This document shows positions 46,292 to 55,422 of a stretch of 64,000 nt of DNA, one piece after another (positions within the stretch are counted from its first letter, which is position 1; each line of letters begins with the position of its first letter). Source of the stretch: Candidatus Bathyarchaeota archaeon. GTDB taxonomy: Archaea > Thermoproteota > Bathyarchaeia > Bathyarchaeales > Bathycorpusculaceae. The DNA is taken from contig CAWHVC010000002.1 of the NCBI GenBank assembly GCA_963832745.1, positions 192,001 to 256,000 on the forward strand, read 5' to 3'. The notes beneath the pieces were generated by a model. The model saw only the letters and a program-made list of their open reading frames with translations, was not told the DNA's origin and made no database searches. The position numbers were made by a program, and so were the translations under genes.

Positions 46292-47551
46292 TTACCAGTA
46301 GAAGTGCAATGATTGGAAGATGTTTATCCAGAAGTTCAAAATGTTCTGGAAGAATGATGGCGTGTCTGGTTGTGTTGGTGTTGTTGTCGGTTTTGGGGTT
46401 GTTGATGGTTGGGCTGTTGGTTGTGTTGTGGGTTTTGGAGTTTGGGTTGGGGTTGGCGTTGTTGTTGGTGAAGGTGTTGAAGTTGGTTTAGGTGTTGGCG
46501 TTGGGGTTGCGGTTGGTGTCGGTGTGGGTGTTGGTGTTGTGGTTGGTGTGGGGGTAGCTGTTGGTTTGGGTGTTGGGCTTGGGGTTGGTGAAGGGGTTGC
46601 GGTGGGTGTTGGGGTCGGTGTTGGAGTAGCTGTAGGTGAGGGTTTTGGAGTAGGCGTAGTTGTTGGAGTTGGGGTTGGTGTTGTGGTTGGTTTCGCTGGC
46701 GCTGTTACTGATGGAAAGTCAAGTCCAAGCTGTTGATACTTGGGCATGTTGTTGAGGTTTTCATTCATCCAAACCGTGTTGCCGATACCCATAGATGCAC
46801 ACTGTGATAAGAACTGGTTTAGTTCACCAACAGTTGAGCTTGTGAATGAAGAATACTCGTTATAGTCTGCGCCGACTTCTGTGTTGATTAGTTTTATTCC
46901 TTTAGATTGAGCAGTTTGCATCTGTGAGATTGCGCCTGAAACACTCCAACTGTTGAAGTAGTAGTGGTATCCTTGGTATGTGTTGTCTAAGGGGTCATTT
47001 ACTTTGGTCCATGGTTGATTCCATTTGTCAAAGAGTATTCCGTTTGTGTAACCTGCTGCGCGAATGTCAGTTACAAGGCTCTGCATTCTTGAATAGAAGT
47101 CGTTTGAAACATACTCGTTTACTAACTCAACAATTACTCTTGGATTGTTTGGGTATTCTTGCAGAACTTCAAAGACGCTGTTCTTTGCTGCTGCCCAATT
47201 GTTTTGTGCTGCTGTTGCTGATGCTTCGGTTGGCGGATAAAGGTGGTTGCGGTCAACAATTATGGTGAAGTCGCTGTGGTCAAGGAAGTACTGAACGAAT
47301 TCTTTGTGGTAAGGATGTGGACCGCTTGACCATACTGGATTTGCGCTCATGCGGTAAGTGTTTAGTCCGTTGGCTTTCATTGTGCTGATGATGCTGTCGA
47401 TTTGGGCTGTGCTGGTTGGGTACCCGCTTAAGCCCATAAAGACTTTGTTTGTTGTTTGCGTTGTTGCGGCGTTTGCATAGAAGGATACTGCGCTAAACAG
47501 TAGCGGTAGTATTATGCTAAGAGTTATTATGGCTGTTACTATTTTTTTCAA
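46292..47551 (-). CDS. secreted GH5-like glycoside hydrolase with PT linker and aromatic tail
   Basis: ELVNE acid/base, HYY, NTEVG nucleophile; (PT)n linker. Confidence 0.8.
   Translation of the reverse strand: MKKIVTAIITLSIILPLLFSAVSFYANAATTQTTNKVFMGLSGYPTSTAQIDSIISTMKANGLNTYRMSANPVWSSGPHPYHKEFVQYFLDHSDFTIIVDRNHLYPPTEASATAAQNNWAAAKNSVFEVLQEYPNNPRVIVELVNEYVSNDFYSRMQSLVTDIRAAGYTNGILFDKWNQPWTKVNDPLDNTYQGYHYYFNSWSVSGAISQMQTAQSKGIKLINTEVGADYNEYSSFTSSTVGELNQFLSQCASMGIGNTVWMNENLNNMPKYQQLGLDFPSVTAPAKPTTTPTPTPTTTPTPKPSPTATPTPTPTPTATPSPTPSPTPKPTATPTPTTTPTPTPTPTATPTPTPKPTSTPSPTTTPTPTQTPKPTTQPTAQPSTTPKPTTTPTQPDTPSFFQNILNFWINIFQSLHFYW
46370..46700. repeat. Pro-Thr linker low-complexity repeat
   Basis: GGTGTT-type hexamer runs encoding (PT)n on the minus strand. 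Confidence 0.9.
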
Positions 47552-47668
47552 TTTTCCTCTCTCTCTTGACCGCTTAACGGGTTAACGGTAATTTTTAATA
47601 ATTTTTGAGAAAAAAATTTTACAACATTTGTTAATTGTCAGCGGTTTTAAGGAGAGCAGAAAGGCAAC

Positions 47669-47692
47669 CTTTGAGAAGCTACCTTCTCAAAG
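47669..47692. promoter_or_regulatory. perfect 10-bp inverted repeat between the GH5 genes
   Basis: CTTTGAGAAG-ctac-CTTCTCAAAG. Confidence 0.45.
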
Positions 47693-47878
47693 AGATTTTA
47701 GGCGTTTGATTAAAAGCTTGGTTACTATCTCAAAACATTTTAGTCTATATAGAAGTCAACTGCCCTATAGCTCACTTACATTTAAACAACAAGAATCAGA
47801 AAAACGGTGACGCACCAAAGTTGTCACTTCTAATCTTAGCAAATTTTTTAATAAAAAGGGTTGTGGGGTGGCTACTTC

Positions 47879-49432
47879 TTACCAGAAGAAGAAGTGCCAA
47901 ATGCTAAAGTGCATTGGGAAGTAGTAGGTTCTCCAGAAGTGCCAGGATTGGAACGGATGAAATATTGACGGTATGCTTAGTTGTGTTGGCGTTGTTGTCG
48001 GGTTTGGAGTTGTTGATGGTTCGGTTGTAGGTTGCGTTGTCGGTGTTGTTTGTGGGTCATCTTGTCCTGAACCGATTGGAGTTGTAGTTGGTGTTGGTGT
48101 CTGGGTTGGTGTTGGTGTTTCAGTTGGTGCTGGAGTCGCTGTTGCAGTAGGTGTTGGTGTCGGAGTTGTGGTACCAGTTGGTGGGAATACTTTCTGTTGT
48201 TGTAGGTATTGTTGTGTGATTACTCCGCCTGCTGTCGGTGCAAAGTTTGGTGCACCAGTGTGTAGCCGGAAGATGCCGATGTCTCGGAACCAGTGGACAA
48301 TCCAGTTGATTCCCCATTCATTGAAGATTTTCAGTTCATTAGCTAAGGCTTGTTGTTCATAGTTTGCTTCTGCGCCGCTTTTGTCCATGTTTGCTCCGCA
48401 TTCAGTTACGAATATTGGCTTGTTTAGTGTGTTTAGGACGTAATCGATTTTTTCTGCGGTAAATGCGCGTTTGAGTTCATTGTAGTCGTATGCGTGGTTT
48501 GTTCCCCATTTGGCGATTGAGTCTGGGTTTGAGTAGATGCCTGTTTGTCCGTATTCGCGGTAGAGGTGTGTAACGTAAACCAGATTGTTTGTTGGGTCCT
48601 GAAGGTTTGCAGTGTTTACCCAGTCCATTGTTGAACCGCCTCCATAGTCTAGGTCTACCCAACTGCCCATGTCCCATTGTGCAAGGATTAGGTTTTGAGC
48701 GCCTGTTCCACGGATTGCGTTGATTACTTGTTGTTGTACGCCAAAGTATTCTTGAGCTGCTGCACCGTCTGCTTTTGGTTCATTCCAGATTTCAAAGAGT
48801 ACGTTATTGTAGCCTTTGAGTTCGTTTGCTACATCAGCCCACCAGTTTACAAAGTCCTGTTTGCTGGTTATGACTGAAGATGCTCCTGCCGATGTTTGGT
48901 ATGGTGGGTATGGCAGTGGATCTTGGTTTCCTCCGTTGAAGTAGTTAGTTACGCGGTAGCCGGTGAAGATTACGTACATGTCGCGTTCTGCAGCGAATTC
49001 AATGAGGCGTTTTACCGCTTCTCGGCTTGAAATGCTTGAATAAGGTGTGCTTAAGTCATATTTCCAGTTGTCAACAGATTGTATGCAACGGATGGTGTTT
49101 GCGCCCCAAGATTTCATTTGGTCAAGTTCAGCTTGAACGTTGGCGTCGCTCCACAGTGCGTTACCATTCCAGGTTCCATCTGGGTCGTCGGCCAACTCAA
49201 CTTTTTGTAGGCCTCGTAGGTAAATTGTGTTTCCAGAAGAATCTTTGATTAGTTTTCCTTCTGTGTGAAGGGGCAGTGTACTTGTTGATGTTGCTGCTTG
49301 AACTCCAGTAGCCATAAGTATTGATACCATGCTCAAAAGTAGCACGAAAGACAAGCATATGACTATGGGTTTAGCAAGCGTGTGAGTGGCTTTTAGGGGT
49401 AGCAGTGATTTAGCTCTTGTTTTTAGTTTCAT
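47879..49432 (-). CDS. secreted GH5 glycoside hydrolase with PT linker and aromatic tail
   Basis: G..I.LRG, GAN.IR, FEIWNEP, HLY, P.FVTECG. Confidence 0.88.
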   Translation of the reverse strand: MKLKTRAKSLLPLKATHTLAKPIVICLSFVLLLSMVSILMATGVQAATSTSTLPLHTEGKLIKDSSGNTIYLRGLQKVELADDPDGTWNGNALWSDANVQAELDQMKSWGANTIRCIQSVDNWKYDLSTPYSSISSREAVKRLIEFAAERDMYVIFTGYRVTNYFNGGNQDPLPYPPYQTSAGASSVITSKQDFVNWWADVANELKGYNNVLFEIWNEPKADGAAAQEYFGVQQQVINAIRGTGAQNLILAQWDMGSWVDLDYGGGSTMDWVNTANLQDPTNNLVYVTHLYREYGQTGIYSNPDSIAKWGTNHAYDYNELKRAFTAEKIDYVLNTLNKPIFVTECGANMDKSGAEANYEQQALANELKIFNEWGINWIVHWFRDIGIFRLHTGAPNFAPTAGGVITQQYLQQQKVFPPTGTTTPTPTPTATATPAPTETPTPTQTPTPTTTPIGSGQDDPQTTPTTQPTTEPSTTPNPTTTPTQLSIPSIFHPFQSWHFWRTYYFPMHFSIWHFFFW

Positions 49433-49705
49433 TTTTGTCTCTCTCTTCCTGAATTTTCGAGCCTACTAATCATTTGATGGATTTTATAGGTTTTTGCAAA
49501 GTCCAGTTATCGTGATTGTTAAGTTCAATACGCCTGTTTTTGCAAAGGCTATTTGGCAAAAAATGGGTGTTGTGAGTGTATTATAACAGTGTAATGAATC
49601 GTAAAATTGTGAGGTTCACTTAAAATTTAACCCTTATGTGTTAGAGCAATAAGCACAAGTATTATATGCATCATACAGCTAAAAATCAGGATAGGATGCG
49701 AGATA

Positions 49706-50692
49706 TTGAAAAATAAATCCATTGCCCTAATCCTAATTATCATATTAACATCAACCACCATTTATTTAACATCAAATACAACAACCCAAGCAGCAGTCGG
49801 ACAAGGAGACTGGATAACAAAATACCGAATTGAAACTGCAGATACACACCAACTACTTCTGGAACAAGACTTTGCCACAGGCACAACCAGCGGAAGCGGC
49901 GCAATAGCCCAAGGAGCAGACTTAATGGTGACCGTAACAATAAACATCGGTCTCAGCCAGCCAAGTCTCAACCTTAACCTTGCAACTGAACTGCAAAAAT
50001 CTTCAGGAAAAGATTACTATTGGTCACATGACACAAGCGACGGTTACAGTCTTGGAAGCTATAATCCAAATTCTCAATCGTTTAGTTTCCCTGAAAATGC
50101 TGGAACCCTCACAATCGTATGTTATGGAACTGTGCCCTCTGGTAAAGTAGTTCAAACAGTCGGGAACGTCACCTTACACAAGCCAACACCAATCGGTCTA
50201 GTAATTCTCAAAGACCCAAGTGGAACAGTTCTTGACCAAGTTAAACCATACATTACAGACGGCAAAATCGATGAATACAACACCCTTCTGAAGGAAAAAC
50301 AAGACAAACTGGCCAGCCTCCAAGGCTCTGGAGCCTCACCAAGCTTTGTTCAAGCATTCCAAAACACAATCGATGCTTCACAAACAGTGGCCCAAGAAGG
50401 ATTTGCTGACAACGCCATCGCCATGCTTAACGCTTTTAACGTTCCAGACCCCGCAAGTGCAACTTTGGAAATTCTCTTCATACCCTTAATTGCAGTGTTT
50501 GCGGTGTTAGCAGGCGTTTTCGGATTCATGTTCATGCGTTCACGCGGCAAAGTAGGCTACTACAAACTTGTTGTAGAAGACCAAATCAAAGACTTAGAAG
50601 GCATAACTCTTAGAGCCTCAAAAATCGATAGAAGTATGGGCGCCAATTTAGAAAGCGTAAAAGACCGTTTGAAACGGTTAGTGGGGATGTAA
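49706..50692 (+). CDS. single-pass membrane protein (signal peptide, beta-rich ectodomain, helical stalk, TM, helical cytoplasmic tail)
   Basis: Hydrophobicity pattern; directly upstream of and in frame with the tubulin-like gene. Confidence 0.8.
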   Translation: MKNKSIALILIIILTSTTIYLTSNTTTQAAVGQGDWITKYRIETADTHQLLLEQDFATGTTSGSGAIAQGADLMVTVTINIGLSQPSLNLNLATELQKSSGKDYYWSHDTSDGYSLGSYNPNSQSFSFPENAGTLTIVCYGTVPSGKVVQTVGNVTLHKPTPIGLVILKDPSGTVLDQVKPYITDGKIDEYNTLLKEKQDKLASLQGSGASPSFVQAFQNTIDASQTVAQEGFADNAIAMLNAFNVPDPASATLEILFIPLIAVFAVLAGVFGFMFMRSRGKVGYYKLVVEDQIKDLEGITLRASKIDRSMGANLESVKDRLKRLVGM

Positions 50693-50719
50693 ACTACGGT
50701 TAGAATATACCAAAACAGT

Positions 50720-53401
50720 GTGCAACTAATCGGGTTAGGTTCAGCAGGAACCAACATTGTAGAAGCATTCATGAACAATAAAAAAACAATGGACCTCATG
50801 CAAAATGAGTTAACCCGCCTCTCTCTTTTGGCAATAGACATCGCTGACCCCGAAATCCGTGCTCTACAGGAAACAAGCGAAAAAATCACCAAACAAATGA
50901 TTAAAGCCGGCATTCCAGCTGAAAGAATGCGCCTAATTGCGCAATCAGTAAAGTTTCCAACGGCAGAAGCAATGTTTGACTTCATCAACCAAAAATACAA
51001 CGAGTACTTGGTCGGTGAAGGCGCAAAACTAACTGATTTTATTCCATGGTTGCAATCCACTATGGCAATTCCGCCGATGGCCGGCGGAGCTGGACGCAGA
51101 CGCGCACTTGCCAAAGCAATCTACGCCCTGAACTATTATCAACTTGGCATCATAAGAAGCTCAATTAACGCCTTTAAAGAACAAGCTCTCTCATCAATTC
51201 TCACACCAACAGTCATTCTGGTTTACGGTTTAGGCGGCGGAACCGGAAGCGGCATCTTCTTTGACTTTGCAAGACACCTAAGAAAAGTTCTAGGCTCAGG
51301 AGTACCAATCATAGCTTTCGTGGTTACCCCATGTGGCGGTGACGATCCACCAGCAAAGGGTTGTAGCGCATTTACCTCCATGAATGAACTTGCATTGCTA
51401 CTAAACAAGGATTACAATGAAGTTGTAACCAAAGAGTTCGGTGATGTATACCGCAACCCATTAAACGCGTTAATCTACTTGCCACTGCTTCCAGCATTCT
51501 CTAAAATCGGCAACATACTAACAGCCCGAAGAGAAATGGACGAAATGGTTGTAGATATGCTGTATATGCTTATGGATTTTGACTTAGCAGACTTAATGGG
51601 TGGAATAGGCACCGAAGTGGGATTAACCTCCAATTCAGCTCACACACTGGGACTGCAGAAAGTTGTCTACCCTGTTGATGATTATATCGCCGCTTTCAAA
51701 ATCAATTTTGAAGCCCTTCAAATGCTTCAGGAACACCGCAAAGAAAAACTTGAAATCCTTGACGACATTAACTGCATAATCAAAGTTAACTCGGATGTTG
51801 CAAGAAATCATCTCAAGAATTACCTGATTAAAACAGGCACATTTAACGAGGATCAGTTTGAGGATAAAGTTAAAACCATAATAAACAGCAACCCGCGCCT
51901 TGAGGACGACGTTGCCCTGCACGTTAAAGGCATCGAAATTCAAGTTAAAAATTGGATAGCAGAATTAACAAGGTTCCTTTCAACGGTTAAATTCGTGGGC
52001 AAAACTGGACCTATTGAAGAATCAATAATCAACTTGATCATCAAAAAAGATGGTCAAAGAAAAATTGACAACCTTGAAGCCCTATTGACTAACCTAACCA
52101 AGACGCACCTTGAATTTTCTGAACGCAAAGAAGCCATAGTTGAACGCTTACGACAGCTTATACCCAGTTCACAAGTCTTCACTGTACGTCAAAAGAAAAT
52201 TTTAGACGACTACGTGATGATTGCTGAAATAGCTGAAAAAGCGTTAGACGTACTGAAATTCTATGATGAAACCAGATACTTAACAGACGCTCTTGTCCGT
52301 TACTATGAAGCGCTTCCGGAATGCCAATGCGAAAGAGACGAACTCTGTGGAATCCAGTCTGAACTGGCAACTTTGTACCTGATGGTTCAGTTGATGCTGC
52401 GTACGCCTCAAGACGAAGCAAAAATGGTTGATGAACACTTAGCCTACATTAACGGTGTCATGGCAAAACGTTTGGAGAAAAGAGGCGTCGCTGACAACGA
52501 GGTTATGCGTATACAAGAGTCAAAGAAACGTAAAGAATTCGACAAATCCAAAATGGAGCTGCAGGTCCGAAAAGTTTTCGGTTCTAAACGTTATGCCCGC
52601 GAGCAACTTTTAGATATAGACCGTAGTCTTAAACGTGTTGAGCAAGAAGAATCCTTTGCGTTGGAAACTCTTGAGCAGCTTGACAGTACTATCCGCCGTT
52701 ACGAGAAACTGGCTAAAAAGATAGAGTTAACCTCGAGTTACCGTAAACGTTTAGCTAAAATCGTTGACTTACAAGACGATTATGATGAACGTTTGGCTGC
52801 AATTGTTAAACCTAAACGGTACTTTGAGAGAAACGCTGAATTAACTGAGCAAGAGCAACGCAAGATTCTCTTCAAAATCGTAACTGAACAAGAAGACACC
52901 TTAACCCGTGATGTAATCTTCAGAGACATCCTTGACATGGACCACTTCAAAGACTACATAAAAAGCGTAGTCCGAGCATTCAAAACACCAAGCATAATGG
53001 GTTACAAACCATCATACAAAACCGACTACATCTGGGTAACCGTTTCCACGCCGCCAAACATGTGGACTGAAGATATGAGCCAAGAAGTCTACACTTCACT
53101 TGCAGGCTACGTAACAAGCGAAGTTTCAAGAACCATCACCGTGCGCCTAATCGATTCACGTGAACCTTGGACAACAAGCATTCTTGTGGTCGGGGGAAGA
53201 GGCAGACCCGAAGACATGGAAGCATTCGACGAAATGCAGTTACTCTACAGCAAATCAAACGATTTCGAAAGACACCTATCACGCAGCTACTTACTAGAAC
53301 ACGGCGTTAACGCAACAAAAATTGTTAAACAAATTAACGCCCAAAACGGTATGGTTGCAAACTTAAACGGCAACGGCAAAACAGCAGATAAGAAAGCCTA
53401 A
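50720..53401 (+). CDS. tubulin/FtsZ-superfamily GTPase with long coiled-coil insertion
   Basis: IGLGSAGTNI, AIDIAD, GGAGRRR, GLGGGTGSG signature; ~450-aa charged helical region. Confidence 0.88.
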   Translation: MQLIGLGSAGTNIVEAFMNNKKTMDLMQNELTRLSLLAIDIADPEIRALQETSEKITKQMIKAGIPAERMRLIAQSVKFPTAEAMFDFINQKYNEYLVGEGAKLTDFIPWLQSTMAIPPMAGGAGRRRALAKAIYALNYYQLGIIRSSINAFKEQALSSILTPTVILVYGLGGGTGSGIFFDFARHLRKVLGSGVPIIAFVVTPCGGDDPPAKGCSAFTSMNELALLLNKDYNEVVTKEFGDVYRNPLNALIYLPLLPAFSKIGNILTARREMDEMVVDMLYMLMDFDLADLMGGIGTEVGLTSNSAHTLGLQKVVYPVDDYIAAFKINFEALQMLQEHRKEKLEILDDINCIIKVNSDVARNHLKNYLIKTGTFNEDQFEDKVKTIINSNPRLEDDVALHVKGIEIQVKNWIAELTRFLSTVKFVGKTGPIEESIINLIIKKDGQRKIDNLEALLTNLTKTHLEFSERKEAIVERLRQLIPSSQVFTVRQKKILDDYVMIAEIAEKALDVLKFYDETRYLTDALVRYYEALPECQCERDELCGIQSELATLYLMVQLMLRTPQDEAKMVDEHLAYINGVMAKRLEKRGVADNEVMRIQESKKRKEFDKSKMELQVRKVFGSKRYAREQLLDIDRSLKRVEQEESFALETLEQLDSTIRRYEKLAKKIELTSSYRKRLAKIVDLQDDYDERLAAIVKPKRYFERNAELTEQEQRKILFKIVTEQEDTLTRDVIFRDILDMDHFKDYIKSVVRAFKTPSIMGYKPSYKTDYIWVTVSTPPNMWTEDMSQEVYTSLAGYVTSEVSRTITVRLIDSREPWTTSILVVGGRGRPEDMEAFDEMQLLYSKSNDFERHLSRSYLLEHGVNATKIVKQINAQNGMVANLNGNGKTADKKA

Positions 53402-53425
53402 GCTTTCTTTCCCATTTTATATTTT

Positions 53426-55366
53426 TTAGCTTGTTAATTTTTTAACTATTTCTTTCCATTCATCTTCTTGTATAAAACCGTTTTTGACTGCTCGGTTCTT
53501 CATGGTGTTAACTTTCTTTTCAATGGTGCTGAACATTTTTGTGGTGTTAAAGCCGCCGATAAATAATGCGATGTCTATGCGGTCGCTGTTGTCTTCAACG
53601 TATACTGGTTCTGCGACATGGATGGATTTGAGGGTGGCTTTGTCTTTAAACCAGTTGGCTGCAGCCATTTCGATTTTTCCACGGGGTACTTTTTCTTTAA
53701 GATTATACGGCACTCTTGCCAGTATATACAGTAATTCAGCACTTGATATGTCAAATGACAGGAACTGTTTGAATAGCATCGTGTCTAAGATGTTTTCGAT
53801 TGACCCGTAAACTCGTAGGCTTGCGCCTGTGCCAAACATGAGCGTGAAGATTGGTGAATCAAAGGTTTTGGTTAATTCACTAAATTCGTCAACGAACGCT
53901 TCTTTTGACAGCATCAAGTCAACAAGGTAATTGACTGCCGCTGTACCTTTTATCATGTTGCCTTTTCGGTCTACTCCCAAATAGTTTTCTATGCTATCTC
54001 TGTCTAAAAGCACAACAGGAGTTGAACCGTGCAGAGTGCATTTTCCTATGGCTGCAAAAGCGTTAAACTGACTCTCCAACGACTGGACTTTTGAAGGAAA
54101 CAGGGCTAAAGCGGCACAGTTTATTTTGCGTTCGTTAAGCTCTGCGATCATTGTGGGTAATAATGCGCTGCCGACTCCATCCCAGATTGATGCAACAATA
54201 AGGCTTCTTCGTAGTTGATTGATTGGTTTGTTTTGTAATCGTGACAAAAATGGGCTATCCTTTGACACGTTTGGCAGTATGTTAAACCAGAAGTGAGCAT
54301 CTAACTCAGCGTCTAACCCTACAATAAAGTCTGGGTTAACACGGTTTTTGCTCTCTTTTATTATGTCTTGACTGGATTTATCTATAAACAGTGGCAATAC
54401 GCCGTCAGGTTTACTTGCAAAACGACTCTTCAACAGTAGATGAACTGGGTATTCACCGATTGACAAAACCGCTTTTTCTGGAAACCTTGAAGTGTCATCT
54501 TTGGTGAATTTGCCAATTTGAACGATTCCATCAAAAAATGGCGCCTGCGAATTAATTAGCTCTGCACCCTCAGAAGCTGGAACCTGCAAATCCACAACAG
54601 GCTTAACGGTTTCATCAAGGATCACAACTGATTCAGCAATCACCTGCGTTTGTGTTTCTGCTTCCTTCAAAGCCAAATCATGTAACACAGGCTCTTGCTC
54701 TACTGGAGCTTCCGACAAGTTTGCAGGCAAAGCATCTTGTAAGTCAACTTGAATATCTGAATTTTCTGTTTGATTAATCGGTAAACTTGTTTCAACGAGT
54801 TTAGGTTTTGCCTTTTTGTCTCTTCGTAGAAAACCAAAGAGTCCTTTTTTCTTTGGTTTCGCTTCTTCCACTGGCTTAGGTTCAACCATCAACTCATTTG
54901 TCTCTTCATAAATGTTATCAGCCACGACAGGTTCAATCTGTTGAGGCTCATCCTCAATGGGTTGCACCTGTTCAGCAATGTTCACCTCAACGGTCTGTGT
55001 TTCTTCTGGTTTTTCAACCATTGGCGGTTCTGTTTCGGCAGTTACCGTTAGCTCCTCAACAGCCTCAACTGGCGCTTGCGTTTCGGCTGCTGGCTCGACA
55101 TTTTCGGTTTTGATTTCTTCAACCGTTGGCACTTCAACTGGTAGAGGGACGTTTGGCATCTCGCTTTTGATTTCTTGCGGGGGCATCTCTTTTTTGGGGG
55201 CAGACTCCTTTTTCTTCGATTGGCCAAATCCAAAACGGCTTTTCTTTTTAAGCCTGCGATTTACATTCTCAAAATAATCATCAGTACTCTTGTTTTCTGA
55301 CGATTTTTCGTTTTCTTTTTGCGAATCTACGTTACTACTGTTTGGCTGTTCGCTCTCAGATGCCAT
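53426..55366 (-). CDS. acidic disordered N-terminus + degenerate tubulin/FtsZ-like domain
   Basis: VLSIGEYP, FIDKS, ASIWDGVGSA, ALFPS, NAFAA, VLLDRD occur in tubulin motif order. Confidence 0.65.
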   Translation of the reverse strand: MASESEQPNSSNVDSQKENEKSSENKSTDDYFENVNRRLKKKSRFGFGQSKKKESAPKKEMPPQEIKSEMPNVPLPVEVPTVEEIKTENVEPAAETQAPVEAVEELTVTAETEPPMVEKPEETQTVEVNIAEQVQPIEDEPQQIEPVVADNIYEETNELMVEPKPVEEAKPKKKGLFGFLRRDKKAKPKLVETSLPINQTENSDIQVDLQDALPANLSEAPVEQEPVLHDLALKEAETQTQVIAESVVILDETVKPVVDLQVPASEGAELINSQAPFFDGIVQIGKFTKDDTSRFPEKAVLSIGEYPVHLLLKSRFASKPDGVLPLFIDKSSQDIIKESKNRVNPDFIVGLDAELDAHFWFNILPNVSKDSPFLSRLQNKPINQLRRSLIVASIWDGVGSALLPTMIAELNERKINCAALALFPSKVQSLESQFNAFAAIGKCTLHGSTPVVLLDRDSIENYLGVDRKGNMIKGTAAVNYLVDLMLSKEAFVDEFSELTKTFDSPIFTLMFGTGASLRVYGSIENILDTMLFKQFLSFDISSAELLYILARVPYNLKEKVPRGKIEMAAANWFKDKATLKSIHVAEPVYVEDNSDRIDIALFIGGFNTTKMFSTIEKKVNTMKNRAVKNGFIQEDEWKEIVKKLTS

Positions 55367-55422
55367 GTTTTCTCGATAAGCTTAAGAATGCTTTAGCAAA
55401 ATAAGGTTTTAGGTATTATCAC

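Noticed and set aside
46370-46700. Tandem repeats as a CRISPR array
   Set aside because: Hexamer coding repeats with no unique spacers; no cas genes or repeat-spacer structure seen anywhere in the window.
46276-46736. Gly/Val-rich plus-strand ORFs (also 47973-48362)
   Set aside because: Antisense shadows of the Pro-Thr linkers of the GH5 genes.
50560-51114. 184-aa minus-strand ORF and other long overlapping ORFs (36384-36809, 57036-57494, 60721-61185)
   Set aside because: Antisense to well-supported genes, with no recognisable motifs.
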